Assembly (NCBI GenBank): GCA_963764715.1
Contig: CAVXTP010000018.1
Coordinates: forward strand, 11,966 to 75,965
Reading direction: 5' to 3'
DNA: 64,000 bases
DNA from: an uncultured Acidobacteriota bacterium
GTDB lineage: Bacteria > Acidobacteriota > Thermoanaerobaculia > UBA5066 > Gp7-AA6
Shown: positions 10,351-19,225 of the stretch, piece by piece
How positions within the stretch are numbered: position 1 is the stretch's first letter
Layout of the letters: each line of letters starts with the position of its first letter
The notes under the pieces: model-generated
Seen by the model: only the letters and a program-made list of their open reading frames with translations
Databases searched by the model: none
Told to the model about the DNA's origin: nothing
Made by a program: the position numbers and the translations under genes

Positions 10351-10398
10351 TTACTGATTACTGATTACTGATTACTGATTACTGATTACTGATTACTG
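10351..10398. repeat. Heptanucleotide tandem repeat (TTACTGA)x6 + TTACTG
   Basis: Read directly; perfect AT-rich microsatellite in GC-rich DNA. Confidence 0.98.
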
Positions 10399-10430
10399 CC
10401 GTCTGCCCTCCCGCCGTCCCTCCTCCCGTC

Positions 10431-10466
10431 TGGTGCCGATGCATCAGAAATGATGCAAACGCATCA
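10431..10466. promoter_or_regulatory. Tandem operator pair TGGTGCCGATGCATCA / TGATGCAAACGCATCA upstream of PAS-LuxR paralog 2
   Basis: Two motif copies with starts 20 bp apart. Confidence 0.72.
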
Positions 10467-10519
10467 TCAGGCTTCCGGACGCCCGGAACCACGATGAAAC
10501 CGCCCCTGAAGGAGGTTCC

Positions 10520-11170
10520 ATGGAAGCCTTCGACGAAACGCTCGATCGCATCGCACGCAGCGGAGAGGCGGTGTTCGCGGTCGATGGAGCCAATCGCATC
10601 ATCCTCTGGAACAAGGCCTGCGAGAACCTCGTCGGCCGGCCCGCGCGCCACGCGCTCGGCAAGCGCTGCTTTGAGGTGGTCGGCGGCCGCGACTCCAACG
10701 GCAACGTCTACTGTCATGCGAGCTGTCCCGTCGCGCACCAGGCCCGCGATCTCCGGAACGACCCGGTCCGGCGGTTCGAGCTCGACGTCGCCTCCGGCGA
10801 CGGTGGCCGGCGCCGCCTGTCCACGTCCATGTTCGCGGTCCCGTCCTATCACCCGGCGCTGACGACGCTCGTGCACGTGCTGCGCCCCGCCGAGGGTCCC
10901 TCGGCCGCTCCGGCGCCTTCGGCCGGCGAACGGGAGCCGCTCGCGCCTCTGACCGCGCAGGGGGACGCGGTTGCCCTGACGCACCGCGAAAAGGAGATCC
11001 TGGGCTGCCTCGCGAGCGGCCAGACGACCGTGGCGATCGCGAAGGCGCTCTCGATCGCGCGCGTCACGGTGCGCAATCACGTGCAGAGCATCCTCCAGAA
11101 GCTCAACGTTCACTCGAAGCTCGAGGCCGTCGTGGCCGCGCGTCGGGGCGGGCTGCTCCCGACCTGTTGA
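10520..11170 (+). CDS. PAS-LuxR one-component transcriptional regulator (paralog 2)
   Basis: Collinear with 9645-10301 (shared GGRDxNGNVYC, PSYHPAL, TVRNH); same four cysteines; SD AAGGAGG. Confidence 0.9.
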   Translation: MEAFDETLDRIARSGEAVFAVDGANRIILWNKACENLVGRPARHALGKRCFEVVGGRDSNGNVYCHASCPVAHQARDLRNDPVRRFELDVASGDGGRRRLSTSMFAVPSYHPALTTLVHVLRPAEGPSAAPAPSAGEREPLAPLTAQGDAVALTHREKEILGCLASGQTTVAIAKALSIARVTVRNHVQSILQKLNVHSKLEAVVAARRGGLLPTC

Positions 11171-11183
11171 TGCGCCTGCATCT
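11168..11183. promoter_or_regulatory. Operator copy TGATGCGCCTGCATCT overlapping the regulator stop codon
   Basis: Motif match upstream of the 11219 ORF and the second usp. Confidence 0.65.
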
Positions 11184-11218
11184 GGCGCCGGCCGTCCCGG
11201 CGTGGGAGCGTCGGAGCC

Positions 11219-11443
11219 GTGATCCTCTGCCAGCACTGCTGGCTCGCCCGCCGCGGCCTCTGCGAGGCGACCTGCCGCCCCCAGTCCCCCGTCCGGATCT
11301 ACTGCCTGCAATGCGGCCTCCCGTTGGATGCCGCGCGGCGGGCGGCGGGCCGGGCCGACTGGTGGGTCTGCGAGCGCGGGTGCAACCGGAACGCCGCCGA
11401 GGCGATCGCCGACCGAACCGAACCGGGCCCGCGCTCGCCCTGA
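11219..11443 (+). CDS. Small eight-cysteine protein (putative metal-binding)
   Basis: 74 aa; CxxC-CxxxC-CxxC-CxxxC; fills the gap between regulator and usp. Confidence 0.65.
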   Translation: MILCQHCWLARRGLCEATCRPQSPVRIYCLQCGLPLDAARRAAGRADWWVCERGCNRNAAEAIADRTEPGPRSP

Positions 11444-11468
11444 GAGCGTCGAGCCGGAGAAAGCCGTC

Positions 11469-11909
11469 ATGAGCCGCATTCGCAGCGTCTTCTTCGCCAC
11501 CGATTTTTCGCCCGCGTCGCGTCCCGCCTTCCGCCGTGCCGTCGACCTTGCGGCCGCCAGCCGGGCGACGCTCTGGATCGCCCACGTCATCCCCGTGGCT
11601 CCCGCCCACTTTGACGGCGGAGTCCTTCCCCGCATATACCGGGAAATGGATGCCTTCGTCCGGAAGGACGCGGAAAAAAGGCTGCGCGCGCTGGTCGAGG
11701 CCGCTCGGCGCGCGGGCGCCCGGGCCCGGTCCCTCGTCCTCCGCGGTGTGCCGCACGAGGCGATCCGGCGGGCGGCCCGCGGGCGCCGGGCCGACCTCAT
11801 CGTGCTGGGGACGCACGGACGGACCGGGATCACCCGGTTTGTCGTCGGGAGCGTCGCTTCCCGCGTTGTCGCGACGGCGCCCTGTCCGGTCCTGACCGTC
11901 AAGGCCTGA
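11469..11909 (+). CDS. Universal stress protein (UspA family)
   Basis: FFATDFSPAS...ADLIVLGTHGRTG...VGSVASRVVATAPCPVLTV. Confidence 0.93.
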   Translation: MSRIRSVFFATDFSPASRPAFRRAVDLAAASRATLWIAHVIPVAPAHFDGGVLPRIYREMDAFVRKDAEKRLRALVEAARRAGARARSLVLRGVPHEAIRRAARGRRADLIVLGTHGRTGITRFVVGSVASRVVATAPCPVLTVKA

Positions 11910-11930
11910 GAGGTCCGGCCGCCGGCCGGA

Positions 11931-13166
11931 TCAGGCGAGAAGGAGAGCGGCCCAGGCGGCGCCGATGACCGCGACGAGCCCGGGGATGACCTCGAGGGCG
12001 TAGGACCGGTCCCGGGAGAGCACGGCGAGCACGACCTTCGTGACCGTGTTCGTCGTGAGGCCTGCAAGGATCGGGAGGACCGCTTCCGGCGCCGCGACCT
12101 TCCCCGCCGCGACGAGCGAGGCGGCCGCGATCGCGGCGGCGTGCGCGTCGGCGAATCCGGCCACGGCCGTCGCGAGGAGGAGGCCGCGGTCGCCGAGCCA
12201 CTGGTGGATCCCCGCGGAGGCGAGCGTCGCGAGCGAGACAGCCGCGGCGAAGACGACGGCGATCGGCAGCCGGAAAGCGCGGCCCTTCGCCTTCTCCCCG
12301 CCGGACCGGCTTCGCGCGCCGCGGAAGGCGAAAACGAGCGCATAGGCGACCGCCGCGGCGCCCGAGAAGAGGAGCGGCCAGCGCATGGCGGAGAGCGTCG
12401 GGCGGCTCGTCGCCGCGAGGAGAGCCGTGAGCTGCACGACGGTCGCGACGGTCGAGAGAACTGCCCCGGCGACGGCGGCCGGGCGCACCGCGGCGTTCTC
12501 CCGCGCGCGGGCGCCCATCGCGGCGATCGTCGCGGAGCTCGAGACGAAGCCCGAGACGAAGCCCGACACCGAGAGCCCGATGCCCGGACCGAGCGCGCGC
12601 AGGGCGATGTAGCCGCTGCCGGAGATCGCCATGAAGATGACGGCGAGGCGCCAGAGGGTGCGCGGGTTCAGGACCCCGAGCGGGCCGATCGCCCGGTCCG
12701 GCGTCAGCGGCAGGATCACGAGGGCCGCCGCGCCGAAGATGATCGCGTCGTGGAGCTCCTGTTCCGTGAGGACGCGCCGGACGAACCGGTGGAGGCGCGA
12801 GCGCGACGCGAGGAGCGCCACCACGCCGACCGCGAGGCCCGAGGCGAGCCCCGGCTCGCGCACGGCGAGGGCCCCGAGGAGGACGGTCGTGACGAGGGCC
12901 ACCTCGGTCGTCAGGCCGGGGTCCCGGCCCCGCGAGCGGCCGTACCCGACCGCGACGAGCGCGCCGATGACGAGGGCGGTCGCGACGAGGACGGCCTCTC
13001 CGCCGAAGGCGAGGCTCAGGCCTCCCGCGAGCGACGCGAGCGCGAAGGTCCGGATTCCCGCGGGCGCGCGGTCGGAGCCCTCTCCCTTGCGCCGCTCCCG
13101 CTCGACCCCGATCAGCAGGCCGATGCCGAGGGAGATCGCGAGACGCAGCGCCAGGGACTCGGTCAA
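11931..13166 (-). CDS. MgtC/SapB + DUF4010 membrane protein
   Basis: GIGLLIGVERE...AGIRTFAL...GLTTEVA; many TM helices. Confidence 0.85.
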   Translation of the reverse strand: MTESLALRLAISLGIGLLIGVERERRKGEGSDRAPAGIRTFALASLAGGLSLAFGGEAVLVATALVIGALVAVGYGRSRGRDPGLTTEVALVTTVLLGALAVREPGLASGLAVGVVALLASRSRLHRFVRRVLTEQELHDAIIFGAAALVILPLTPDRAIGPLGVLNPRTLWRLAVIFMAISGSGYIALRALGPGIGLSVSGFVSGFVSSSATIAAMGARARENAAVRPAAVAGAVLSTVATVVQLTALLAATSRPTLSAMRWPLLFSGAAAVAYALVFAFRGARSRSGGEKAKGRAFRLPIAVVFAAAVSLATLASAGIHQWLGDRGLLLATAVAGFADAHAAAIAAASLVAAGKVAAPEAVLPILAGLTTNTVTKVVLAVLSRDRSYALEVIPGLVAVIGAAWAALLLA

Positions 13167-13193
13167 GTCCCGGCTTTCGGCGGCCGCGGCGCT

Positions 13194-13913
13194 TCAGGGA
13201 TGGCCATACACCGGGATGGCCGCGCCGTGGACGACGCGAGCCTCGTCGCTGCAGAGAAAGAGGATGACGCGGGCGATGTCCTCGGGCTTCGGCCAGCGGG
13301 CGAAGTCCGCCTTCGGCATGGCCTTCCGGTTCGCCTCGGTGTCGATGATGCTCGGAAGGACCGAGTTGACACGGACGGCGGTCCCGGCGAGGTCCGCGGC
13401 GAGCGAGCTCATCATCGCCACCGCCGCCGCCTTGGACGCGGCATAGGCCGCCTGGCCCGCCGCGGGCTCGAGGGCCGCACGCGACGCCACGTTGACGATC
13501 GCGCCCTGCCCCTGCCGCAGCATCGCCGGCACCGCGGCGCGGGTGAGCGCATGGCCCGAGCGCAGGTTGAGGTCGAGCATCCGGTCGAGGACCTTCTCGT
13601 CGCTCTCCCAGAGCTTCGATCCGCCCGCGAAGCCGCCGACCGCGTTGACGAGAAGGTCGAGGCGGCCGAGACTCGCGAAGACGCCGCCGACGAGCGTTTG
13701 GGCGGCGGCCTCGTCGGTGACGTCGGTCCGCTCCGCGTGGAGGCGGGAGAGGTTCTCTCCGGAGTCCTTCCGGAGCCGCTCGAGCTCGTCGTCCGAGCGG
13801 TACGTGACGACGACGTCGGCGCCCTCGCCGAGCAGCGCGAGGCTCACCGCGCGGCCGAGCCCTCCGGTTCCTCCGGCGACGAGCGCGACCCGGCCGCGGA
13901 ACCGGCCGGTCAT
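13194..13913 (-). CDS. Short-chain dehydrogenase/reductase
   Basis: GGTGGLG Rossmann motif, YAASK catalytic motif, VNSVLPSIIDT. Confidence 0.92.
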   Translation of the reverse strand: MTGRFRGRVALVAGGTGGLGRAVSLALLGEGADVVVTYRSDDELERLRKDSGENLSRLHAERTDVTDEAAAQTLVGGVFASLGRLDLLVNAVGGFAGGSKLWESDEKVLDRMLDLNLRSGHALTRAAVPAMLRQGQGAIVNVASRAALEPAAGQAAYAASKAAAVAMMSSLAADLAGTAVRVNSVLPSIIDTEANRKAMPKADFARWPKPEDIARVILFLCSDEARVVHGAAIPVYGHP

Positions 13914-14842
13914 CGCCGGGCGGCCTCCCGCCGACGTTCGAGGTCGGCGCGCGGCCAGCCCGCGAGGTCCGCAGCCACCTCGTAAGTGCTCGTCAGGAAC
14001 GCCGCCAGCTCCGCCCCGGGGGAGGCCGCCCGGCGGACGGCCTCGTACGGCAGGATGAACTCGGAAAGCGCAGCGGAGTAGAAGGCGGCGGTCGGCCGGA
14101 CCGGCGCCGCCTTCAGTCCCGCCGGCTCGGGCGCGGCATACGCGTAGAACGCCGGCTCGGCGACCGGCCCACCGACGCTTCCGGGCCAGAACCCGTGGCT
14201 GATGACCTCGTGCGAGTAGGCCTCCCGCGTGATCGGGTCGGCCCCGGGCCGCTCCGGCGCGCGGCGGCCCGAGAAGCGGGTCACGGCGAGATCGAAGCTT
14301 CCCCAGAAGAAGTGGACCGGGCTGCACTTTCCGAGGAACTCCCCGCGGAACGTGTCGAAGACGGGCTTCATGGCGACCAGAGCGCGCCAGAAAGCGCCGG
14401 CCGCCGCCCGGTCGTAGGACCGGTGCACCGTGTCCGTCTCGAACCGGATCGGCTCCGGGACCTCGACCGGTTGCGTCCAGATGCGGGCTTCGACTCCGAG
14501 CCGGTCGAGCGCCTCCATGACGAGCCGGTGGAACTCGGCGACCGTGCGGGGCTCGAGCGCGATCCTCGCCGTGCCGCCGTCGGAGCAGCGCAGGACGAGC
14601 TCGTGGTCGACGAAGTCGAAGACGATCGTCAGGGCCCCGTTCCCGTGGGAGAGCGAGGGCGTCGCGAGGCCCCGCGCCGTCACCTGGAAGGCGATGTTCC
14701 AGTAGTGATTGACGAGCGGGGTCAGGGCGAGGCAGACCTTCCCCACGACCTGGGTCCACATGTGGAGCGTCGCGAGGGTTTCCTTCCAGGGCTCGAGGGG
14801 CAGCGGGGGCCAGGGCTCGCCGGCCGAAGACGTCACGGGCAT
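13910..14842 (-). CDS. Conserved hypothetical protein (DUF5996-like)
   Basis: TLHMWTQVVGKV, SPVHFFWGSFDLAVTRFSGR, EAYSHEVISHGFWPG. Confidence 0.8.
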   Translation of the reverse strand: MPVTSSAGEPWPPLPLEPWKETLATLHMWTQVVGKVCLALTPLVNHYWNIAFQVTARGLATPSLSHGNGALTIVFDFVDHELVLRCSDGGTARIALEPRTVAEFHRLVMEALDRLGVEARIWTQPVEVPEPIRFETDTVHRSYDRAAAGAFWRALVAMKPVFDTFRGEFLGKCSPVHFFWGSFDLAVTRFSGRRAPERPGADPITREAYSHEVISHGFWPGSVGGPVAEPAFYAYAAPEPAGLKAAPVRPTAAFYSAALSEFILPYEAVRRAASPGAELAAFLTSTYEVAADLAGWPRADLERRREAARR

Positions 14843-14918
14843 GCGTGGTGTCCGATCATGCTAGAGGTCGCCGATCGCCCGTGAGAGTACTCCATGAAGA
14901 GAGATGTAGAGTTTCGCT

Positions 14919-15392
14919 ATGGCCAGATCGCAGCCGAAAAAGAAGAAAGCCCCCGCCCGGCGGGCGAAAGCCGCGTCCCGACGCAAGCCGCCGAAGAAGC
15001 GGGCCGTCCGGCGGCGGCCCGCGCGACGCGCGAAGCCGAAACGCGCGAAGGCCGCTCCTTCGCGGAAGAAGAGAGCCGCCGCCCCGAAAATGATGAAACG
15101 GCCGGGCGCGGCGCGCGGTCTCGGTGGTTCGGCGAGCTCGGGGCTTTCCGAGCCGCTCGACGCACGCGGTCTGGGACCGGAGGCGGGCGGCCAGTCCGGC
15201 GACACCGAAGGCCTCTCGCGAGCCGAGCTCGCCGACTCCGAGAGCGTCGAGGAGCTCGTGGAGGAAGGCCAGGCCTTCGAAGCCGGGATTATCGAAGGGG
15301 TCGAGAACGCCCCCGACGCGGACCGGGGAGAAGTGCGGACGCGGGAGGTCCCGGAGGACGACGTTCCGCAGGAGTATCTGGACGAAGACTAG
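14919..15392 (+). CDS. Hypothetical protein, K/R/A/P-rich N-half and acidic C-half
   Basis: Bipolar composition; C-half GQSGDTEGLS...ESVEELVEEGQAFEA...EVPEDDVPQEYLDED. Confidence 0.7.
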   Translation: MARSQPKKKKAPARRAKAASRRKPPKKRAVRRRPARRAKPKRAKAAPSRKKRAAAPKMMKRPGAARGLGGSASSGLSEPLDARGLGPEAGGQSGDTEGLSRAELADSESVEELVEEGQAFEAGIIEGVENAPDADRGEVRTREVPEDDVPQEYLDED

Positions 15393-15407
15393 CGCGCGGC
15401 CCGCGGC

Positions 15408-16832
15408 TCAGACGCCAGTCGGGTAGGTCTCCGGCACTTCGCCCCGGGTCCAGATCGCGCCCATCTCGAGGGGCTCGACCGCCCGCGTGTGGTCGATGTG
15501 GATGAGGCCGTCGAACTGCGCCGGCAGCGACGCGTGGAAGTAGTGGCTCGCCCGCTCCGACTCCGGCAGGTAGACGACGCCGATCGCGCGCTCGAGCCGC
15601 GGGTCGTGCAGGGCGCCCACGGGGTCCTCGGGCCCGAGCGGGAGGAAGAACCGCGGTAGCTCGACGCGGTGGAACCGCGCCTCGTAGCTCCCCTCGAGCG
15701 CGGGACGGACGACCCGGCGCTGCGCGGGGCCGTGCCACTCGCTGGCGGCCGTGACCGTCCCGTCGTAGGTGGAGAACCCCAAAAGGTAGGCCTGGGACTT
15801 GTGCCGCTCGCGCACGAGCTGGCCGACGTTCCACTCGCCCTGGAGGCCCATCTCCGTCGCCCGCGCGTCGCCGAGGTGCGAGTTGTGCGCCCACACCACG
15901 ATCCGGGCCGGCCGGCGGTCCGACGAAAGGTGGGCGCGGAGGGCCTCCAGGGTCTCGACCATGTGCCGGTCGCGGAGGTTCCAGGAGAGCACGGACCCGC
16001 GGAACATTCCGCGGTAGTACTCCTCGGCGTTCCGGACCAGGCGGGCGTTCTGTTCCGCGAAGAAGAAGTCGTCCTCGGCCTTCGCGCCGTCGTGCGACAG
16101 GTATTCCGCCGCGGACCGGCGAAGCTCGATGAGCTGCCCGACGGCCTCGTCCTCGCAGGAGCGGCGCAGCCCGAGCTCCGCGGCGTATCCATAGTCCTGC
16201 GCGTCCGCGTGGTCGAAGCACGAGTAGCGGCGGCGCGCGCGCTTCGCCGCCTCGGGGTTCACCGTCGCGAGGTAGGAGACGACGGCCTCCATGGACGCGT
16301 GGAGGCTGTAGAGATCGAGACCGTAGAAACCGACCTTGCGGCCTTTCGGCCCGGCGGCGTCGTTGTGCGCCCGGAGCCAGCCCACGAAGTCGAGGACGTC
16401 GGCGTTGCGCCACATCCAGGTCGGAAAACGCTCGAACCCGCGCAGCGACTCTTCCGCGTCGCCGTCCGCCGAGACGCCCCGCACGTAGCGGTTGACGCGG
16501 TAGGCGTCGGGCCAGTCCGCCTCGACGGCGACCGCGTCGAAGCCCTTCTCGACGATCAGCCGCTTCGTCAGGACGGCGCGCTCGCGGTAGAACTCGTGCG
16601 TCCCGTGCGAGGCCTCGCCGATGAGGACGAGCGGACGCTCGCCGATGCGTTCGAGGAGGAGGTCGTAGTCGTCGAGTGCGCCGGTCAGGGGCCGGAGGGT
16701 CCGGCGCCACGTTTCCGGGGTCGAGAGCTCCTCCGAGAATCCGCCCGGTTCGGGATACTCCGCCGGATCGATGGGATTCGGGTGCGAACAGCGCGTGAAA
16801 CCCGGGTCGGCGGCGGTCGCTCCAGAGAACAT
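15408..16832 (-). CDS. Erythromycin esterase-family protein
   Basis: LIGEASHGTHEFY, AVEADWPDA, FPTWMWRN, WNLRDRHM, VWAHNSHLGDARATE; start uncertain. Confidence 0.9.
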   Translation of the reverse strand: MFSGATAADPGFTRCSHPNPIDPAEYPEPGGFSEELSTPETWRRTLRPLTGALDDYDLLLERIGERPLVLIGEASHGTHEFYRERAVLTKRLIVEKGFDAVAVEADWPDAYRVNRYVRGVSADGDAEESLRGFERFPTWMWRNADVLDFVGWLRAHNDAAGPKGRKVGFYGLDLYSLHASMEAVVSYLATVNPEAAKRARRRYSCFDHADAQDYGYAAELGLRRSCEDEAVGQLIELRRSAAEYLSHDGAKAEDDFFFAEQNARLVRNAEEYYRGMFRGSVLSWNLRDRHMVETLEALRAHLSSDRRPARIVVWAHNSHLGDARATEMGLQGEWNVGQLVRERHKSQAYLLGFSTYDGTVTAASEWHGPAQRRVVRPALEGSYEARFHRVELPRFFLPLGPEDPVGALHDPRLERAIGVVYLPESERASHYFHASLPAQFDGLIHIDHTRAVEPLEMGAIWTRGEVPETYPTGV

Positions 16833-16895
16833 CGGACTTCGCCTCCGGAAAAAAGACTGTCACTTCCCGCCGCCGCGCGACAAGGGCCAAACGCA

Positions 16896-17555
16896 TCAAG
16901 GGCGCGCGGCCCGATCCACTTCCGCGATCTCCCGGTCCTGGAGCCGGCCGAACAGGAGCTGCCCGGCGACCGCTCCCGCGAGGCCGAGGAACATGTCCCA
17001 CTGCGTGTCCCAGACGTCCCCCTGGGTCGCGAGAAACGCGGCCGCTTCGAAGCCGGAAAGTTTCGCGGCCCACCACTCGAGAATCTCGTAAACGGCGCTG
17101 CCGCCCAGGCAACTCAGGGCCACGAGCCAGAAGAGCCAGCCCCCGGGCCGCAGCCGGGTCTTCCGCAGAAGAAGCTCCCGCGCGAGGACCGCCGGCGCGA
17201 GGCCGCCGAAGAAGTGCACGACGCGGTCGAAATGATTTCGAGAGAGTCCCAAGGCGTCTCTCCACCAGAGCCCGGCGGGCACTCCCGAGTACGTGTAGTG
17301 ACCTCCGATGACGATCAGGAGGGCGTGGACGAAGAGCAGTCGATACGTCCACCGCGTCAGGCGAAAGCTCCAGAAGGTCGCGAGGAGGATGGGGGCCGCG
17401 AGCAGAATGGGCGCCTCCTCCAGGATCCAGATCCGGCGGTCCGCCGGCGCCAGGCCGGAGACCGTCATCGCCGCCGCCAGCAGAACGAGGAGGACGATCG
17501 GCTCGCGCGGTGTCTTCGTCGCCGGTCGGATCGCGGGGACCGGCGCCCCGCTCAT
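16896..17555 (-). CDS. DUF2238/YjdF-like inner membrane protein
   Basis: GGHYTYSGVP, RNHFDRVVHF, YEILEWW, TQGDVWDTQWDM. Confidence 0.88.
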   Translation of the reverse strand: MSGAPVPAIRPATKTPREPIVLLVLLAAAMTVSGLAPADRRIWILEEAPILLAAPILLATFWSFRLTRWTYRLLFVHALLIVIGGHYTYSGVPAGLWWRDALGLSRNHFDRVVHFFGGLAPAVLARELLLRKTRLRPGGWLFWLVALSCLGGSAVYEILEWWAAKLSGFEAAAFLATQGDVWDTQWDMFLGLAGAVAGQLLFGRLQDREIAEVDRAARP

Positions 17556-17634
17556 CCGCGCGCGCCGCACCCCGGCCGGGAACCGGCCGGCGCCCCGGTG
17601 GGGACGGGACGCCGGCCCCCCGTGCGGCCCGGGT

Positions 17635-18312
17635 CTAGTTCCACGGGCTCACGGCCAGGTGATCGCGGACCTCGCGGACGCCGGGGGCGTGGCTGACGGC
17701 ACCGAGGACGGCCGTCTTTTCCGGCCACGTCCGGACGCGGCCCTCCAGGGTGACGATCCCGTCGTCGACGGCAACGCGGACTTTCTCCGCCTCGCGTTCG
17801 GCCCGGCGCTCGAGCGCCTGCTCGATCGACTTGCGCAGCTGCGCGGGGTCGGCCTTCGCCTTCGCCACGGTCAACCAGTTGTTGACGCCCTGGACGCCCT
17901 TGACGCTCCGGATGGCGCGGGCCGCATCGTCCTTCTGACGAAGCGTGTGAACCTCGCCTTCGAGCGTGACGAGGCCGTCCGACACGGTCGAGCGGATGTT
18001 CTGGTCCGGCACGAAGGCTTCCCATTCCAGGGCGAGCCGCACGTCCTGGGCGATCTCGGTATCGGTCCGCTGGAGGCTTCCCGGGAGCTTGATCCGAACG
18101 TCGTCGGCGACGTCGCGGACCCCGACGACGCGATGAGCGGCTTCCTTCGCGGCGAGCTTCTTGGCCCAGCTGTCGACGGTCCCGGTCAGCGTGACGACAC
18201 CCTCGTCGACCTCGACGCCGACCTCCTCCTGGCGAATTCGCGAATCCCACCGCAGCTCGTTCAGGACGTCTTCCTGAATCTCACGATCGGTTCTGACGGA
18301 CATGACGGGCAT
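17635..18312 (-). CDS. Triple BON-domain (OsmY-like) protein
   Basis: Three repeats of V-x-V-x-x-G-x-V-T-L-x-G-x-V. Confidence 0.9.
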   Translation of the reverse strand: MPVMSVRTDREIQEDVLNELRWDSRIRQEEVGVEVDEGVVTLTGTVDSWAKKLAAKEAAHRVVGVRDVADDVRIKLPGSLQRTDTEIAQDVRLALEWEAFVPDQNIRSTVSDGLVTLEGEVHTLRQKDDAARAIRSVKGVQGVNNWLTVAKAKADPAQLRKSIEQALERRAEREAEKVRVAVDDGIVTLEGRVRTWPEKTAVLGAVSHAPGVREVRDHLAVSPWN

Positions 18313-18372
18313 GACGACCCTCCTTTCGAGGTTATCCCTCCTATCGGATACACCCCGCCGGCGGACCGGGAA

Positions 18373-18428
18373 AGATGCCGCTGCATCAACCGCGCGGGCG
18401 GCGGCGGCCGGATGATGCTCCTGCATCT
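18373..18428. promoter_or_regulatory. Operator pair AGATGCCGCTGCATCA (18373-18388) and TGATGCTCCTGCATCT (18413-18428) in the divergent BON/hydrolase promoter
   Basis: Two motif copies with starts 40 bp apart. Confidence 0.72.
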
Positions 18429-18504
18429 TTCGGCCGGGAATGGATCCGAGTCATCGTCGGGATGCGAGCCCAGGCGAACCCGGCCGGGCCCGGGGAGGTG
18501 TCAC

Positions 18505-19224
18505 ATGACGAAGCAAGGGGGAACCGAGGCGGGGGAGGTCCATCTCGCGATCCCGTCGAGCCGGCTGACCGGGAACCTCGAGATTCCGGACCCGGCCGAG
18601 GGCCTGGTGATTTTCGCGCACGGGAGCGGCAGCAGCCGCCGGAGCCCGCGCAACCGGTTCGTCGCGCAGAAGCTCCGGGATGCCGGCATGGCCACGCTCC
18701 TGACCGACCTTCTGACCCCGGAGGAGGAAGCGCTCGATCTGGAGCAGGGGCATCTGCGATTCGACATTCCGTTTCTCGCGGGGCGGCTCCTGGCCGTGAC
18801 CGACTGGGCCGCGCGCCACGACGCCGTCGGCCGGCTGCCGCTCGGCTACTTCGGCGCCTCGACCGGGGCCGCGGCCGCGTTGCTCGCGGCGGCGGAAAGA
18901 GGCGGGGCCGTCCGCGCCGTCGTCTCGCGCGGCGGGCGGCCGGATCTCGCGGGCACGGCGCTTCACCGCGTCACGGCGCCGACGCTGCTGATCGTCGGCG
19001 GGGCCGACGTGGACGTCCTCGAGCTGAACCGGGCGGCGCTCGCGGGCCTGCGCTGCGAGAAGGAGCTCCGCATCGTGCCGCGCGCGACCCACCTCTTTCC
19101 GGAGCCGGGGGCTCTCGAGAATGTCGCGGGGCTGGCGGCCGCCTGGTTCCGGCGGCACCTGGGAACGACCGAATGGGCGCCGGCTTCGGGCGATCGGCTC
19201 GAGGTCTCGGTGCGGGGGGAGTGA
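18505..19224 (+). CDS. Dienelactone hydrolase-like alpha/beta hydrolase
   Basis: FAHGSGSSRRSPRN, GYFGASTGAAAAL, VSRGGRPDLA, ATHLFPEPG; SD GGAGG. Confidence 0.88.
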   Translation: MTKQGGTEAGEVHLAIPSSRLTGNLEIPDPAEGLVIFAHGSGSSRRSPRNRFVAQKLRDAGMATLLTDLLTPEEEALDLEQGHLRFDIPFLAGRLLAVTDWAARHDAVGRLPLGYFGASTGAAAALLAAAERGGAVRAVVSRGGRPDLAGTALHRVTAPTLLIVGGADVDVLELNRAALAGLRCEKELRIVPRATHLFPEPGALENVAGLAAAWFRRHLGTTEWAPASGDRLEVSVRGE

Positions 19225-19225
19225 G

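Noticed and set aside
10351-10398. Possible CRISPR array
   Set aside because: 7-bp contiguous units, no spacers and no cas genes; no CRISPR array seen anywhere in the window
15408-16832. Macrolide resistance gene (ere)
   Set aside because: Family-level resemblance only; context fits the Rv2030c-like group of unknown function
16883-16898. AGGGCCAAACGCATCA as a tenth operator
   Set aside because: Only the right half-site matches and it overlaps a stop codon; not counted
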